Made by a program: the position numbers and the translations under genes. This document shows, in pieces, positions 28,478 through 37,475 of a stretch of 64,000 bases of DNA. This DNA comes from an uncultured Haloferula sp. (GTDB lineage Bacteria; Verrucomicrobiota; Verrucomicrobiia; Verrucomicrobiales; Akkermansiaceae). The notes below the pieces were generated by a model that was given only the letters and a program-made list of their open reading frames with translations, ran no database searches and was not told the origin of the DNA. Position 1 is the first letter of the stretch. Each line of letters opens with the position of its first letter. The stretch spans positions 32,001 through 96,000 of the forward strand of contig CBFGTS010000004.1 of the NCBI GenBank assembly GCA_965652295.1, read 5' to 3'.

Positions 28478-30007
28478 TCAGAATTGGAAGTAGATGAATT
28501 CGCTGATTTGGTCGAATTCCCGGCCAACGACGTAGAGCAGGGCGAGGGTGAAAGCGAGCCACGGCAGAGTGGGTCTCCACTGCCACCATTTCCTTGTCCC
28601 GTGGGAAGCACCCATCAGTGGGCGAAGTCCGATGGCGGGGGCGTAGCGTCGCATGAACTGCTGGGTGTTGGGCATGAGCCAGCAGATGATCAGGCCGAAG
28701 GCGATCGGCCGCAGGGCTCGGCTTTTCGTGACCACGACGTTGGTGAAGTCCGGCCAGCCGGAGAATCCCTCGGTGCCGAACATCGGGCCCAGAATCCTGC
28801 CACTTGCCCGCAGGGCATCGGTCATGGTTCCGGTGCCAAGGGATTCGTAATTGCCGGCGCGGAAAGGAATCCACGCCAAGGCGACGAGGAGGAATGTGAA
28901 ACCGATGGCGACGGGGCGCGGAGGGGTTGGCAGCGAGTGCTTCGAAGTGAGCCAGCGCCAGCCGTGGTTCAGGCAAAGGTAGATCCCATGGAGCCCCCCC
29001 CAAAGCAGGAAAGTGAGACCAGCACCATGCCAGAGGCCGCCCAACAGCATCGTGATGAGCAAATTGAAGTAGCGCCGCAGGGTGTTGCAGCGGCTGCCTC
29101 CGAGTGGGATGTAGAGGTAGTCGCGGAGAAAGCGGGACAGAGTGATGTGCCAGCGTCGCCAGAAATCGATGACGGAAGTCGCTTTGTAGGGAGAGTGGAA
29201 GTTGATGGGGAGCCGGATCCCGAAGAGGCGGGCGGAACCGATGGCCATGTCCGAGTAGCCGGAGAAGTCGAAGTAGATCTGGAGGGTGTATGCAAGGGTG
29301 GCGGCCCAGGCCTCGGCCATGGTGAGGGCTCGCGATTCGGACGCCGCCAGGTCGAAGAGCGGCGTGGCGGTGCGTGCGAGGTAGTCGGCGAAGACGACCT
29401 TTTTGAAGAGCCCGAGAATCAGGATCGTGGAGCCGACGGAGAGGTCGAGTGATGAAAGACCGCGTGCACCACGTCTGCGGAATTGCGGAAGCATTTCCCG
29501 GTGGTGGACGATGGGGCCGGCGATCAGCTGCGGGAAAAAGGTGACGAAAAGCAGGTAGTCGGTGAAGTGATATTCCTCGGTCTCGCCCCGCCAGGCATCG
29601 ACCAAATAAGCTACCTGTTGAAAGGTGAAAAAGGAGATGCCGAGGGGCAGGACGACCTCCGGGATCGGGAAGTCACGCTGGCTGAGCAGGATGATGCTTT
29701 TTGCAAGCAGGCCAGCGTATTTGAAGTAGGCGAGGAAAGCCAAGTTCATGACCACACCGGTGGTCAGAGCGAGGTGTCCCGCACGGGTTCCACGGTGTCG
29801 GGATATGAACCGGCCGAAGTAAAAGTTGGCGAAGCAGGAGGCACCGATGAGCCACAGGTTGCTCCAGTCCCAGAAGCCGTAGTAAAAAATTGAAGCGAGG
29901 ACGAGAAAGCCCACTCCGACGCTGAAGGGTGCCTGGCGAAGCAGCTGAAAGCCGATCAGGACGACCGGCAGGAAAAGGAGCAGGTAGATGTAGGAATTGA
30001 AGAGCAC
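28478..30007 (-). CDS. MBOAT O-acyltransferase 3
   Basis: Same MBOAT motifs; GTG start (VLFNSY); ends EFIYFQF. Confidence 0.94.
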   Translation of the reverse strand: MLFNSYIYLLLFLPVVLIGFQLLRQAPFSVGVGFLVLASIFYYGFWDWSNLWLIGASCFANFYFGRFISRHRGTRAGHLALTTGVVMNLAFLAYFKYAGLLAKSIILLSQRDFPIPEVVLPLGISFFTFQQVAYLVDAWRGETEEYHFTDYLLFVTFFPQLIAGPIVHHREMLPQFRRRGARGLSSLDLSVGSTILILGLFKKVVFADYLARTATPLFDLAASESRALTMAEAWAATLAYTLQIYFDFSGYSDMAIGSARLFGIRLPINFHSPYKATSVIDFWRRWHITLSRFLRDYLYIPLGGSRCNTLRRYFNLLITMLLGGLWHGAGLTFLLWGGLHGIYLCLNHGWRWLTSKHSLPTPPRPVAIGFTFLLVALAWIPFRAGNYESLGTGTMTDALRASGRILGPMFGTEGFSGWPDFTNVVVTKSRALRPIAFGLIICWLMPNTQQFMRRYAPAIGLRPLMGASHGTRKWWQWRPTLPWLAFTLALLYVVGREFDQISEFIYFQF

Positions 30008-30012
30008 GGAAG

Positions 30013-31233
30013 TCAGGGTTGGCCGGCCTGCCGGAGCTTTTCTTCCTTCCAAGCCAGATCGTCCGCTCCGGGGCCGGTGAGCCAAGCGTGATAGCGTCGT
30101 TTGGCTCCCGCGAGCCAGGCGTCGATGTTGGCGTCATCAAGGCGGATTCCGTAATCGGATCGGGCGGGGTTGTTCAACGGCCAGCCCATGATCCGGGCAA
30201 GGATGAGATCGCCGATATGCGGCTCGTAGTGGTTCAAGTCTCCCCAGTTTTTCATGCGGGACTGGCGATCGTCGGGAAGAGGTTCGCAGTTGATCGGATG
30301 AAAATTTCCGAAGTCCCAGATTTCGACCGGGGGGCCGTCCAGGGGAAGCGTGTTGACCCGGTTGGCGATCTGCAGAATGGCCCGGCGTTCGCCTTCGTAG
30401 GGCACGATGGGTTGTCCGATGTGCTCCTGGCGCGCATGGAGCAGGGCGTGCTGGGGATGGATTAGACTGACGAAGCGGATGCCGCGGGCGCGGCAGTCCC
30501 GCATCAAGGATTCGAGAAGGACCACTTTCTCAGGGTTCATTTCGTCCGATTCCACCCCGAGTTCAAGCCCCGGCAGGCCGAGGCTGCCGCCACCGGTGAG
30601 AAGCTGGGCGAGGAAATCGAGCTGGGGGACCGCCGGAGGCTTTTCCGGGCGCAAGCGCTGGCCGCGGGGGCTGTACTGAGGCCGTCGGCCGGTCCACTTT
30701 CGTTTCAGAGTCTCAAGCGAAGCTTCGAAGGTTGAGATGCCGAACCAGTAGCGAAGTTCACGGTTGACGGCCTCCCGCTCTGGACCGAGTGGAGAGGAAT
30801 AAAAGTCTCCGATGGTCCGGGTGTCGACCTTGGAACTGAGGTCCCCGGGATCGAGGCCGAAGATGATCAGCTCGGGTTCGTGCTTGGACAGGATGTAGCG
30901 ACAGAAGGCCTCGCCCTCAAAGATGAAGGCTCCCCCGCAGCCGAAGTTGACCACGTCCTGGCGTCTCCAATGGGGGTTGGCGGGGTCGAGTGCGTTGGCG
31001 ACGCGGGAAGAGCCGATCAGAGCGACTCCGATTGACGGGAGATAGCGGACATAGCCGCATTTACCGGTCCGCAGGGCGCTGGAATAGTCGCGCCAAGGGT
31101 CAAGGGAGGCGTCGCTGAAGCGAGCTGGAGTCACCCGCCATGGATTGACCCGGAGGTTGGTGACCAGGGTGATGACCAAAACCAGAGCCACCGTCCCAAA
31201 CAGACCAAGAAGGTAGCGGCGCGACCGAGACAT
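30013..31233 (-). CDS. SGNH/DltD-AlgJ-like periplasmic acyltransferase partner 3
   Basis: VNPW, IGSSRVA, NFGCGGA, WDFGNFHPINCE, DLNH. Confidence 0.7.
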   Translation of the reverse strand: MSRSRRYLLGLFGTVALVLVITLVTNLRVNPWRVTPARFSDASLDPWRDYSSALRTGKCGYVRYLPSIGVALIGSSRVANALDPANPHWRRQDVVNFGCGGAFIFEGEAFCRYILSKHEPELIIFGLDPGDLSSKVDTRTIGDFYSSPLGPEREAVNRELRYWFGISTFEASLETLKRKWTGRRPQYSPRGQRLRPEKPPAVPQLDFLAQLLTGGGSLGLPGLELGVESDEMNPEKVVLLESLMRDCRARGIRFVSLIHPQHALLHARQEHIGQPIVPYEGERRAILQIANRVNTLPLDGPPVEIWDFGNFHPINCEPLPDDRQSRMKNWGDLNHYEPHIGDLILARIMGWPLNNPARSDYGIRLDDANIDAWLAGAKRRYHAWLTGPGADDLAWKEEKLRQAGQP

Positions 31234-31354
31234 GCGCGGAGGCTGGGAAGGACGTGGCTTGTTTGTCAAATGGTGAATTGGTGAGCAGACAGCCCTCTGG
31301 GAAGGCTGCCGTTGAGGTTGACGAAGTCGCCGGCGGCCGCTCAGCCTGAGCGAA

Positions 31355-32344
31355 GTGGAAGGTGGAAGTCGATTGCCGGTGGGCGTGATGGTGCCCGTGC
31401 TGAATGCTCGCGAGGCGCTGCCTCGGCATGTGGAGGGGATGAAGCCTTGGCTGAACCTGGTGGAGGAAGTGGTCGTGGTCGACAGTGAGTCCGCCGACGG
31501 AAGTCTGGACTACCTGAAGAGCCAGTTGGATCTGCCCCACGTGCGTTTCCTTTCCCATCCGCCCGGTTTGTACCCTTCTTGGAATTACGGGATTTCCCAG
31601 CTGCGGAGCGAGTACTTCTTCGTGGCCACGATCGGCGATACGATGCCTGCGGAGACACTGCGGATCCTGCTGGAAAGCGCCGAACGCCTGTCTACCGATG
31701 TCTTGGTAGGTCTGCCACGCTTGGTCGACGGCTCGGGCCGTGCGCTGGCAAAGGAGTGGCCGCTACACCGGATGGTGAGGACAAATGGGATTGAGGAAGG
31801 AACTCAGTTGAGCGGAGAGGAGTGGCTCGGTTGGGCCTTGGCCGAGTTTCCCGCGACCCTGATCGGAAGTAGTGCGAGCAACCTGTATCGGACGCGGTTT
31901 TTCCAGGAACGTCCCTTTCCTACGGACTTTGGGCGGATCGGTGACTCAGCGTGGGCGGTGATGCATGCCTTCGAGGCGCGGTGGGGCGTCGAGCCGCGGG
32001 GGGATTCGATCTTCTGGGTTCACGGAGCTCCGGTCGGGATTGAGAAACAATATGCCAGGGTCATAGGCCACATGGTGGAGCTCGCCTTGGCAACCGTTGC
32101 GGATGCAGGCCTGAGGAGTCCGGAGTTTCGGGAGCTGGCCGAGGGCTTCCGCCGCAGGGCGGAGGAAGTGGTTCGATACCACGTGTCGGCCGCCGAATAC
32201 CGCGAACTGCGGGAGCGGAAGACGTGGTCGAGCTGGTTCCAGTGTCAGAGGATCCGTCGCGAAAGACGGGCGATCCGCCGACGGACGCTGGCCTTCCGGG
32301 AATCAGCGCGGGAGTTGCTCAAGAACCTCCCAAAAGGCGCCTGA
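31355..32344 (+). CDS. Glycosyltransferase family 2 (GT-A)
   Basis: VMVPVLN, VVVVDSESADGS, GLYPSWNYGI. Confidence 0.85.
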   Translation: MEGGSRLPVGVMVPVLNAREALPRHVEGMKPWLNLVEEVVVVDSESADGSLDYLKSQLDLPHVRFLSHPPGLYPSWNYGISQLRSEYFFVATIGDTMPAETLRILLESAERLSTDVLVGLPRLVDGSGRALAKEWPLHRMVRTNGIEEGTQLSGEEWLGWALAEFPATLIGSSASNLYRTRFFQERPFPTDFGRIGDSAWAVMHAFEARWGVEPRGDSIFWVHGAPVGIEKQYARVIGHMVELALATVADAGLRSPEFRELAEGFRRRAEEVVRYHVSAAEYRELRERKTWSSWFQCQRIRRERRAIRRRTLAFRESARELLKNLPKGA

Positions 32345-32996
32345 GTTTCGACTTCTTGCGCTTCTGGTGTTTCCGGGCGTCGCCTGCGACCTTCAGCCAA
32401 TCGACGCCATGACGATGGACATGATCGGCAAGCGGCGCGCGGAGTGCTTCCGGATAGAAGGCGATGATGTCGTCGAATACGGCGAGCCGGTGACCGTTTC
32501 CGATCGCGATAAGAGCTAGAAAAATCTCATGAATATCCGGCCAGTCGCTGACATGATGGGGTGCCGGTGGAGTGGAGAGGTAGAGGCGTGCGTCGTCGAT
32601 CAGCACCACGCTCTTCGGGTGCAGCGTGCCGATTGCCGCGATCTCTTCCAGCAGCGGGCTTTGGGAATCTTCCCCTGCGGTGTTGTCCGCGCTGCACCAG
32701 TGAGCATCCAGCCAGTAGAGAACCGCCCGGTCTTGGAGGGTCGGCGATAGCTCCATGAGCATGTCGGGTGAGGAACCCAGCATCAGGTGGATGCCGGGTT
32801 GGTTCGCGAAGCGCGCTTCCGCCGCGGAATGAAGCTCGGGCGAGAGTTCGACCGAATGACACTCTGCAAAATGTTGGCGGGCCATATCGAGCGTGTCGCC
32901 ACGGAAGGTCCCGGTCTCGACGAAACAGGAAGGCGAGAGGTGGGTCTTGACCAGCTCGACCAATCGTTCGTCCAGAGAAAAGTGAATCGCGCCCAT
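32319..32996 (-). CDS. Putative class I SAM-dependent methyltransferase-like protein
   Basis: FVETGTFRGDT, SVELS, YWLDAHW, VLIDDAR. Confidence 0.65.
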   Translation of the reverse strand: MGAIHFSLDERLVELVKTHLSPSCFVETGTFRGDTLDMARQHFAECHSVELSPELHSAAEARFANQPGIHLMLGSSPDMLMELSPTLQDRAVLYWLDAHWCSADNTAGEDSQSPLLEEIAAIGTLHPKSVVLIDDARLYLSTPPAPHHVSDWPDIHEIFLALIAIGNGHRLAVFDDIIAFYPEALRAPLADHVHRHGVDWLKVAGDARKHQKRKKSKLRRLLGGS

Positions 32997-33093
32997 GAGG
33001 GCGGCGACGCTAGGCGGCGGCGGGGGCGATTGCAAGTCGGGTGAGAAAATCCTCTTGGTCGAGCCACGGCGGCCGTCTTAGATTTCGGGCTCG

Positions 33094-33711
33094 ATGAATT
33101 GGCTCAGAGAGTTCAAGGAGCGGAGGAAGTTCCGCAAATGGAAGGCCGAAGGCCGCCCGGATCCGCCGCCACCACTCGCCAAGCGCGAGATGCTGGTGGA
33201 TTACGCCACACGCCATGGCCTCCGCTATTTTGTGGAGACCGGCACTTTCAAGGGGGACACGGTGGAGGCGATGCGCCGGCACTTCGACGGCGTGTGGTCG
33301 ATCGAACTTGCTCCTCATTTCTACCAGGACGCCGTCCGGCGTTTTGAAGGGGCTTCCAACGTCAAACTCCTCCAAGGCGACAGTGGCAAGAAGATGGCGG
33401 AGATCGTGGTCCAGCTTCAAGGGCCGACCTTGTTCTGGCTCGATGGCCACTATTCCGGTGGGAACACCGCTCAGGGTGACCTCAAGTGTCCGGTCTGGGG
33501 GGAACTTGAGGCGATCTTCGCCGGATGCGCCCATCCGTTCGTCGTTTTGATCGACGACGCCCGCTGCTTCGTCAACGAAGGGGCCGAAGATTATCCAGCT
33601 GTCGGCGACATTGAGAAATGGGTAGAGGGTCGCCGCCCTGACTTGGGAATCGAAGTGGCGATGGACTGCATCCGGATCGCTCCGCGGGAGAGAGTCAGGA
33701 GTGGCTCCTGA
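33094..33711 (+). CDS. Putative class I SAM-dependent methyltransferase-like protein (paralogue of 32319-32996)
   Basis: FVETGTFKGDT, SIELA, FWLDGHYSGG, VLIDDAR. Confidence 0.7.
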   Translation: MNWLREFKERRKFRKWKAEGRPDPPPPLAKREMLVDYATRHGLRYFVETGTFKGDTVEAMRRHFDGVWSIELAPHFYQDAVRRFEGASNVKLLQGDSGKKMAEIVVQLQGPTLFWLDGHYSGGNTAQGDLKCPVWGELEAIFAGCAHPFVVLIDDARCFVNEGAEDYPAVGDIEKWVEGRRPDLGIEVAMDCIRIAPRERVRSGS

Positions 33712-34564
33712 GTTCGCGGAGGAACGCCTCCAAGGCTGACGGCTGGTCCAGTTGGTCCCTCGTCAGCCACCCACGGAGGCACGGATGCCAGAAGGGTTCG
33801 TAAATCACCCTGCCTCCGCCGATCACTCCCGCAAGGTAGCTGAAGGTGCTCTTGGCGGTGAAGAGGATGTCGGCCGTCGCAAGGTGGTGGAAGGTGGTGA
33901 AAACATCCTCATCCAGATGCAGGGCGGCATCTCGGGCGAGGTATGCAGAAAAGTCGTCCTCGCGCCCTTGGGAATAAACCTCCACCTGCACTTTGCAGGA
34001 ACCCAGGGCCTCCACCAGCCGGTCCAGTGCCGCAAGGGTGTCGTCATCGGCGGTGAATCGTTCGGCGTGTTTGCCGTGCGCACTGACATCGCCCCGACGG
34101 AGGTGCAGTGCGATCGAGACCGTTCTCTTCGGGCGAGACAGCCGGGGTTTCGGGCTTGAGTGGTATTTTTTCCTCAAGTCTCCAGCGATCAGCCGCCATT
34201 GGTCCGGCAGGTGGTCGGTGACCTTGTGGCAGTGGGCGATCTGGTGGAGGGTCCGCGAGCGGGGAAAGAAACCGCGATGAGGTTTCCGAACTTCCCGAAT
34301 GGCGAGGCCGCGTGCGATCAAGTCGGACGCTGGGGTCTCTCCTTGACCGAGGTTGAAAAATCTTTCCCAGGACGCCGCCCACTCGCCGGCCGGGATGTCA
34401 TCCGGACGATGCGCGACGTCGCACAGCGGCGTGTGTGCGTATGTCAGGCCCGTGCTGCGGGCGAAGATCATGGTCGAGATCTGGGCCGCTATCTGAGCCC
34501 CCCCTCCGTCGGTTCGTCCGGCGCAGGTGACGTAGGCGTGCTTGGGTCGTAAGAGGCGGAACAT
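33695..34564 (-). CDS. Putative fucosyltransferase-like (GT11/GT23-type) glycosyltransferase
   Basis: DGGGAQ, ALHLRRGDV, FHHLATAD, KSTFSYLA; matches the GDP-sugar-binding HxRxxD and SxFS motifs. Confidence 0.6.
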   Translation of the reverse strand: MFRLLRPKHAYVTCAGRTDGGGAQIAAQISTMIFARSTGLTYAHTPLCDVAHRPDDIPAGEWAASWERFFNLGQGETPASDLIARGLAIREVRKPHRGFFPRSRTLHQIAHCHKVTDHLPDQWRLIAGDLRKKYHSSPKPRLSRPKRTVSIALHLRRGDVSAHGKHAERFTADDDTLAALDRLVEALGSCKVQVEVYSQGREDDFSAYLARDAALHLDEDVFTTFHHLATADILFTAKSTFSYLAGVIGGGRVIYEPFWHPCLRGWLTRDQLDQPSALEAFLRELRSHS

Positions 34565-34579
34565 GGCGGCAGGAAATTC

Positions 34580-35434
34580 TCAGCAATCCAGAATGCCCGC
34601 GTCGATCAGACGGGAGAGTGCCAGCGGCATCAGGGCTTGGGAGAGGTGGATTCGGTCCGGAAGAAATTCCAAAGAAGGTCTGGTTTGAAGATCGTGCCAC
34701 TGATTCGCCAGCGAGACCGCAGGAATCCCTTCCGCCCGGCACTGGGCTTGGAGCACTTGAATGTAAGCGAGCGTAATATCACGGCGGAGTTCCCAACTCC
34801 CGACGAAAGGAAAGTCGCCGATGTCGAGCCGCTCGTCCTGCGGAACCACGGTGGGAGGACCCCAGACGGCCGGACGGAAGCCGAGATCGCGAAGCATGCG
34901 CGGGAGCTTGAGGAAGGAATCGGCCGTGGATTTCACCACTTTTTCCTGGGGTTGACCTTCCTTCACGAGCCGCGGCAGGTGAACTCGGCAATCGATTTCA
35001 CCGAAGCAGAGGAGGACCGTTGAGCCCGGGGGAATGCTCGTCTTCAGCAGCTTCCGGATTTTTTCCAGTGAGCGGCTGGTTGATCGAGGAAATGCTGCCC
35101 GGAAGGCAGTGGCCGGGCCGAGGTGCCAGGTGCGGAAACAGGGAAGCAAATCCGGTCCTCGGTTGATCCACCGTTTGCGGAAGACGCCGATTTTCACCTC
35201 TCTCGTCAGGTGGAACCGCTCGGCTCCGGCAAAAAAGAGTGTGTGGCTATCGCCCACGCAGTGGACGGCTCTGAGAGGTCTTCGGGGCGGGCGGCCCAGA
35301 TGATGTTCAAGCAGCCTCATGCCAGCCTCGCGGAAGTCGGCATCTTGGATTCTTCGGGCGCATGATTCCTGCCGGCTGGCAAGAGTCTCGATGACCTCGG
35401 CTAGATCTTTCGACAGCGGAGCAACTGGGATCAT
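34580..35434 (-). CDS. SGNH/GDSL-like hypothetical protein
   Basis: VGDSH, FGEIDCRVH, DRIH; ATGA-coupled to the FkbM gene. Confidence 0.6.
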   Translation of the reverse strand: MIPVAPLSKDLAEVIETLASRQESCARRIQDADFREAGMRLLEHHLGRPPRRPLRAVHCVGDSHTLFFAGAERFHLTREVKIGVFRKRWINRGPDLLPCFRTWHLGPATAFRAAFPRSTSRSLEKIRKLLKTSIPPGSTVLLCFGEIDCRVHLPRLVKEGQPQEKVVKSTADSFLKLPRMLRDLGFRPAVWGPPTVVPQDERLDIGDFPFVGSWELRRDITLAYIQVLQAQCRAEGIPAVSLANQWHDLQTRPSLEFLPDRIHLSQALMPLALSRLIDAGILDC

Positions 35435-36354
35435 GCAACGACGGTCCAGCCCGGAGCGAGCCACTCCGGCCCATTCTGTTTTCCCACCAGAACCAGATCC
35501 ACGTGGACCCGTTCGGCGTCACCATGCAAGTTGGGAAGGTCGGTGAAGCGGGCAACTTTCGTGAGTGTACGGCCCTTGATCGAGACCACTCGGAAGGTTT
35601 CGAAATGCTGCTGGAGCCAGGAGAGGTAAGCGTCGGGGTCTTCGCCCGCCCATCGGATGTATTGGCCGTCGAACTCGATGAAGCCGATGACGAGGGAGGC
35701 GTTCGAGAGAGTCTGCACGAAGCCCTTGAGCGCACGGCTTTCGTAACCCTCGATGTCCATTTTGAACAACAGTCTCGCTCCATCCGCAAGGTCGGCCGGA
35801 ACCACTGAATCGACGGTTCTCGCGGGTAGCTTGAATTCCAGCGATTCGGGGCGGTCGTTGAGTTCCTTGACCGCCGATGAGCTGCCACTCCAGTCGGGGT
35901 TCACGAGAAAGGGGACGTTTTCGGCAGGCTCGTCGGAGACGAGGCAGTGGGTGATGGTCATCCTCTCCCGAGCCGGATGGGTCTCACGGCTTCTCATCAA
36001 ATGAGGAATCAGCCGCGGGTTGGCCTCGAATCCGTAAAGACGGGTGGCTTGCGGATAGTCGGTGCCGAAGAGGCACTCACCGTAATTCAGACCGACATCG
36101 ACCACGAGGCTGGGTTGCAGGTGGGGCACGAAATCACGCCAGAAGACCAGGTTATCGGAGACTTTTCCCCGCAAGGGCTCTTCCACCACCTTTTTCCGAG
36201 CGCAGGGGTCGCCGGGATCGATGTAAATCCAATGCGGGCTGCCGTGAAGCCGCGCCCTCTTGGGCTTGAGGGTGCCATATCGAATCAGGGTGAGCGGCTT
36301 GAGGTAGGCGCTCTTGAAGGCCTTTTCGAAGCGTTTGGACAGGCTGACTTTCAT
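35431..36354 (-). CDS. FkbM family methyltransferase
   Basis: VVDVGLNYGE, GFEANP, LFKMDIEGYE. Confidence 0.88.
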   Translation of the reverse strand: MKVSLSKRFEKAFKSAYLKPLTLIRYGTLKPKRARLHGSPHWIYIDPGDPCARKKVVEEPLRGKVSDNLVFWRDFVPHLQPSLVVDVGLNYGECLFGTDYPQATRLYGFEANPRLIPHLMRSRETHPARERMTITHCLVSDEPAENVPFLVNPDWSGSSSAVKELNDRPESLEFKLPARTVDSVVPADLADGARLLFKMDIEGYESRALKGFVQTLSNASLVIGFIEFDGQYIRWAGEDPDAYLSWLQQHFETFRVVSIKGRTLTKVARFTDLPNLHGDAERVHVDLVLVGKQNGPEWLAPGWTVVA

Positions 36355-36407
36355 CGGACGGATTGCGCAGCGTGTGGGGGGCGGATCAGTGTGTCGAGGG
36401 GGAACCA

Positions 36408-37475
36408 TCAAGTTGGAGCGGGAGCCTCCGGTTCTTCGGGAGGGCGTGATTTCGTGATCCCGCAAAGGCTCGCACACCACCAATCTTCGTTGGTGAGATA
36501 CCAACGGACAGTATCCCGGAGGGCGGAATCAAAGTCCCGGCGGGGGCTCCAACCCAGTGCGGTTCGAATTTTTGAGGTGTCGAGACCGTAACGCCGATCG
36601 TGTCCCGGGCGGTCTTCGACAAACTGGATGAGCTCCTTGTAGGAGGAGAGGCCAGGGGGACATTGGTCCAGAACGAATTCGTCGAGGATGCCGCACAGCT
36701 GGGTGACCAGATCGAGATTTCGCATTTCATGGCCGCCGCCCACATTGTAGGTTTCGTCGGGTTGTCCACTCTCAAGGATGAGCGCCAATGCCTCGACGTG
36801 GTCGGCTACATGGAGCCAGTCCCGGATTTGTTTGCCGTCGCCGTAAATGGGAAGGGGCTGACCTGAAATGGCACTTAGGATCATGCGAGGAATCAGCTTC
36901 TCGGGATGCTGACGAGGGCCAAAACAGTTTGAGCTGTGGATAACGACGGCAGGGAGACCGTAGGTGTTGGACCATGCGCGTACGAGGTGATCGGAACCGG
37001 CTTTGCTTGCAGAGTAGGGCGAGCGTGGCAGGTAGGGGCTGGACTCGGTGAATGCCGGGTCTCTGGGGCCCAGGTCGCCGAAAACCTCGTCGGTGGAGAC
37101 ATGAACGAGGCGGAAGGTGGAGTGTTCAGCGAATCGGCTACGCGAAACTTCGAGAAGCGTGTGGGTGCCCAGGATGTTGGTGCCGATAAACTCGCGCGAG
37201 GCCATGATGGAGCGGTCCACGTGAGACTCGGCGGCGAGGTGGATGACGGCGTCTGGCTGAAAGTCCTGAAAAGCACGGTTAAGACCGTCGAAGTCCGAGA
37301 TGTCGACCTGCCGGAACTGGTAGCGGGGGTGTTCCCCGTAAACCGCGAGGGATGCCGGATTGGCCGCGTAGGTCAGCTTGTCGATATTCAGGACCTCATG
37401 CCCAGTGCGTTCCAGAAGATGGATCACCAAGGCACTGCCGATGAAACCGCTGCCGCCGGTGACGATCACTTTCAT
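36408..37475 (-). CDS. rfbB: dTDP-glucose 4,6-dehydratase
   Basis: VTGGSGFIGS, DKLTYA, HLAAESHVDRSI, STDEVFGDL, PYSASKA, DRPGHDRRY. Confidence 0.94.
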   Translation of the reverse strand: MKVIVTGGSGFIGSALVIHLLERTGHEVLNIDKLTYAANPASLAVYGEHPRYQFRQVDISDFDGLNRAFQDFQPDAVIHLAAESHVDRSIMASREFIGTNILGTHTLLEVSRSRFAEHSTFRLVHVSTDEVFGDLGPRDPAFTESSPYLPRSPYSASKAGSDHLVRAWSNTYGLPAVVIHSSNCFGPRQHPEKLIPRMILSAISGQPLPIYGDGKQIRDWLHVADHVEALALILESGQPDETYNVGGGHEMRNLDLVTQLCGILDEFVLDQCPPGLSSYKELIQFVEDRPGHDRRYGLDTSKIRTALGWSPRRDFDSALRDTVRWYLTNEDWWCASLCGITKSRPPEEPEAPAPT

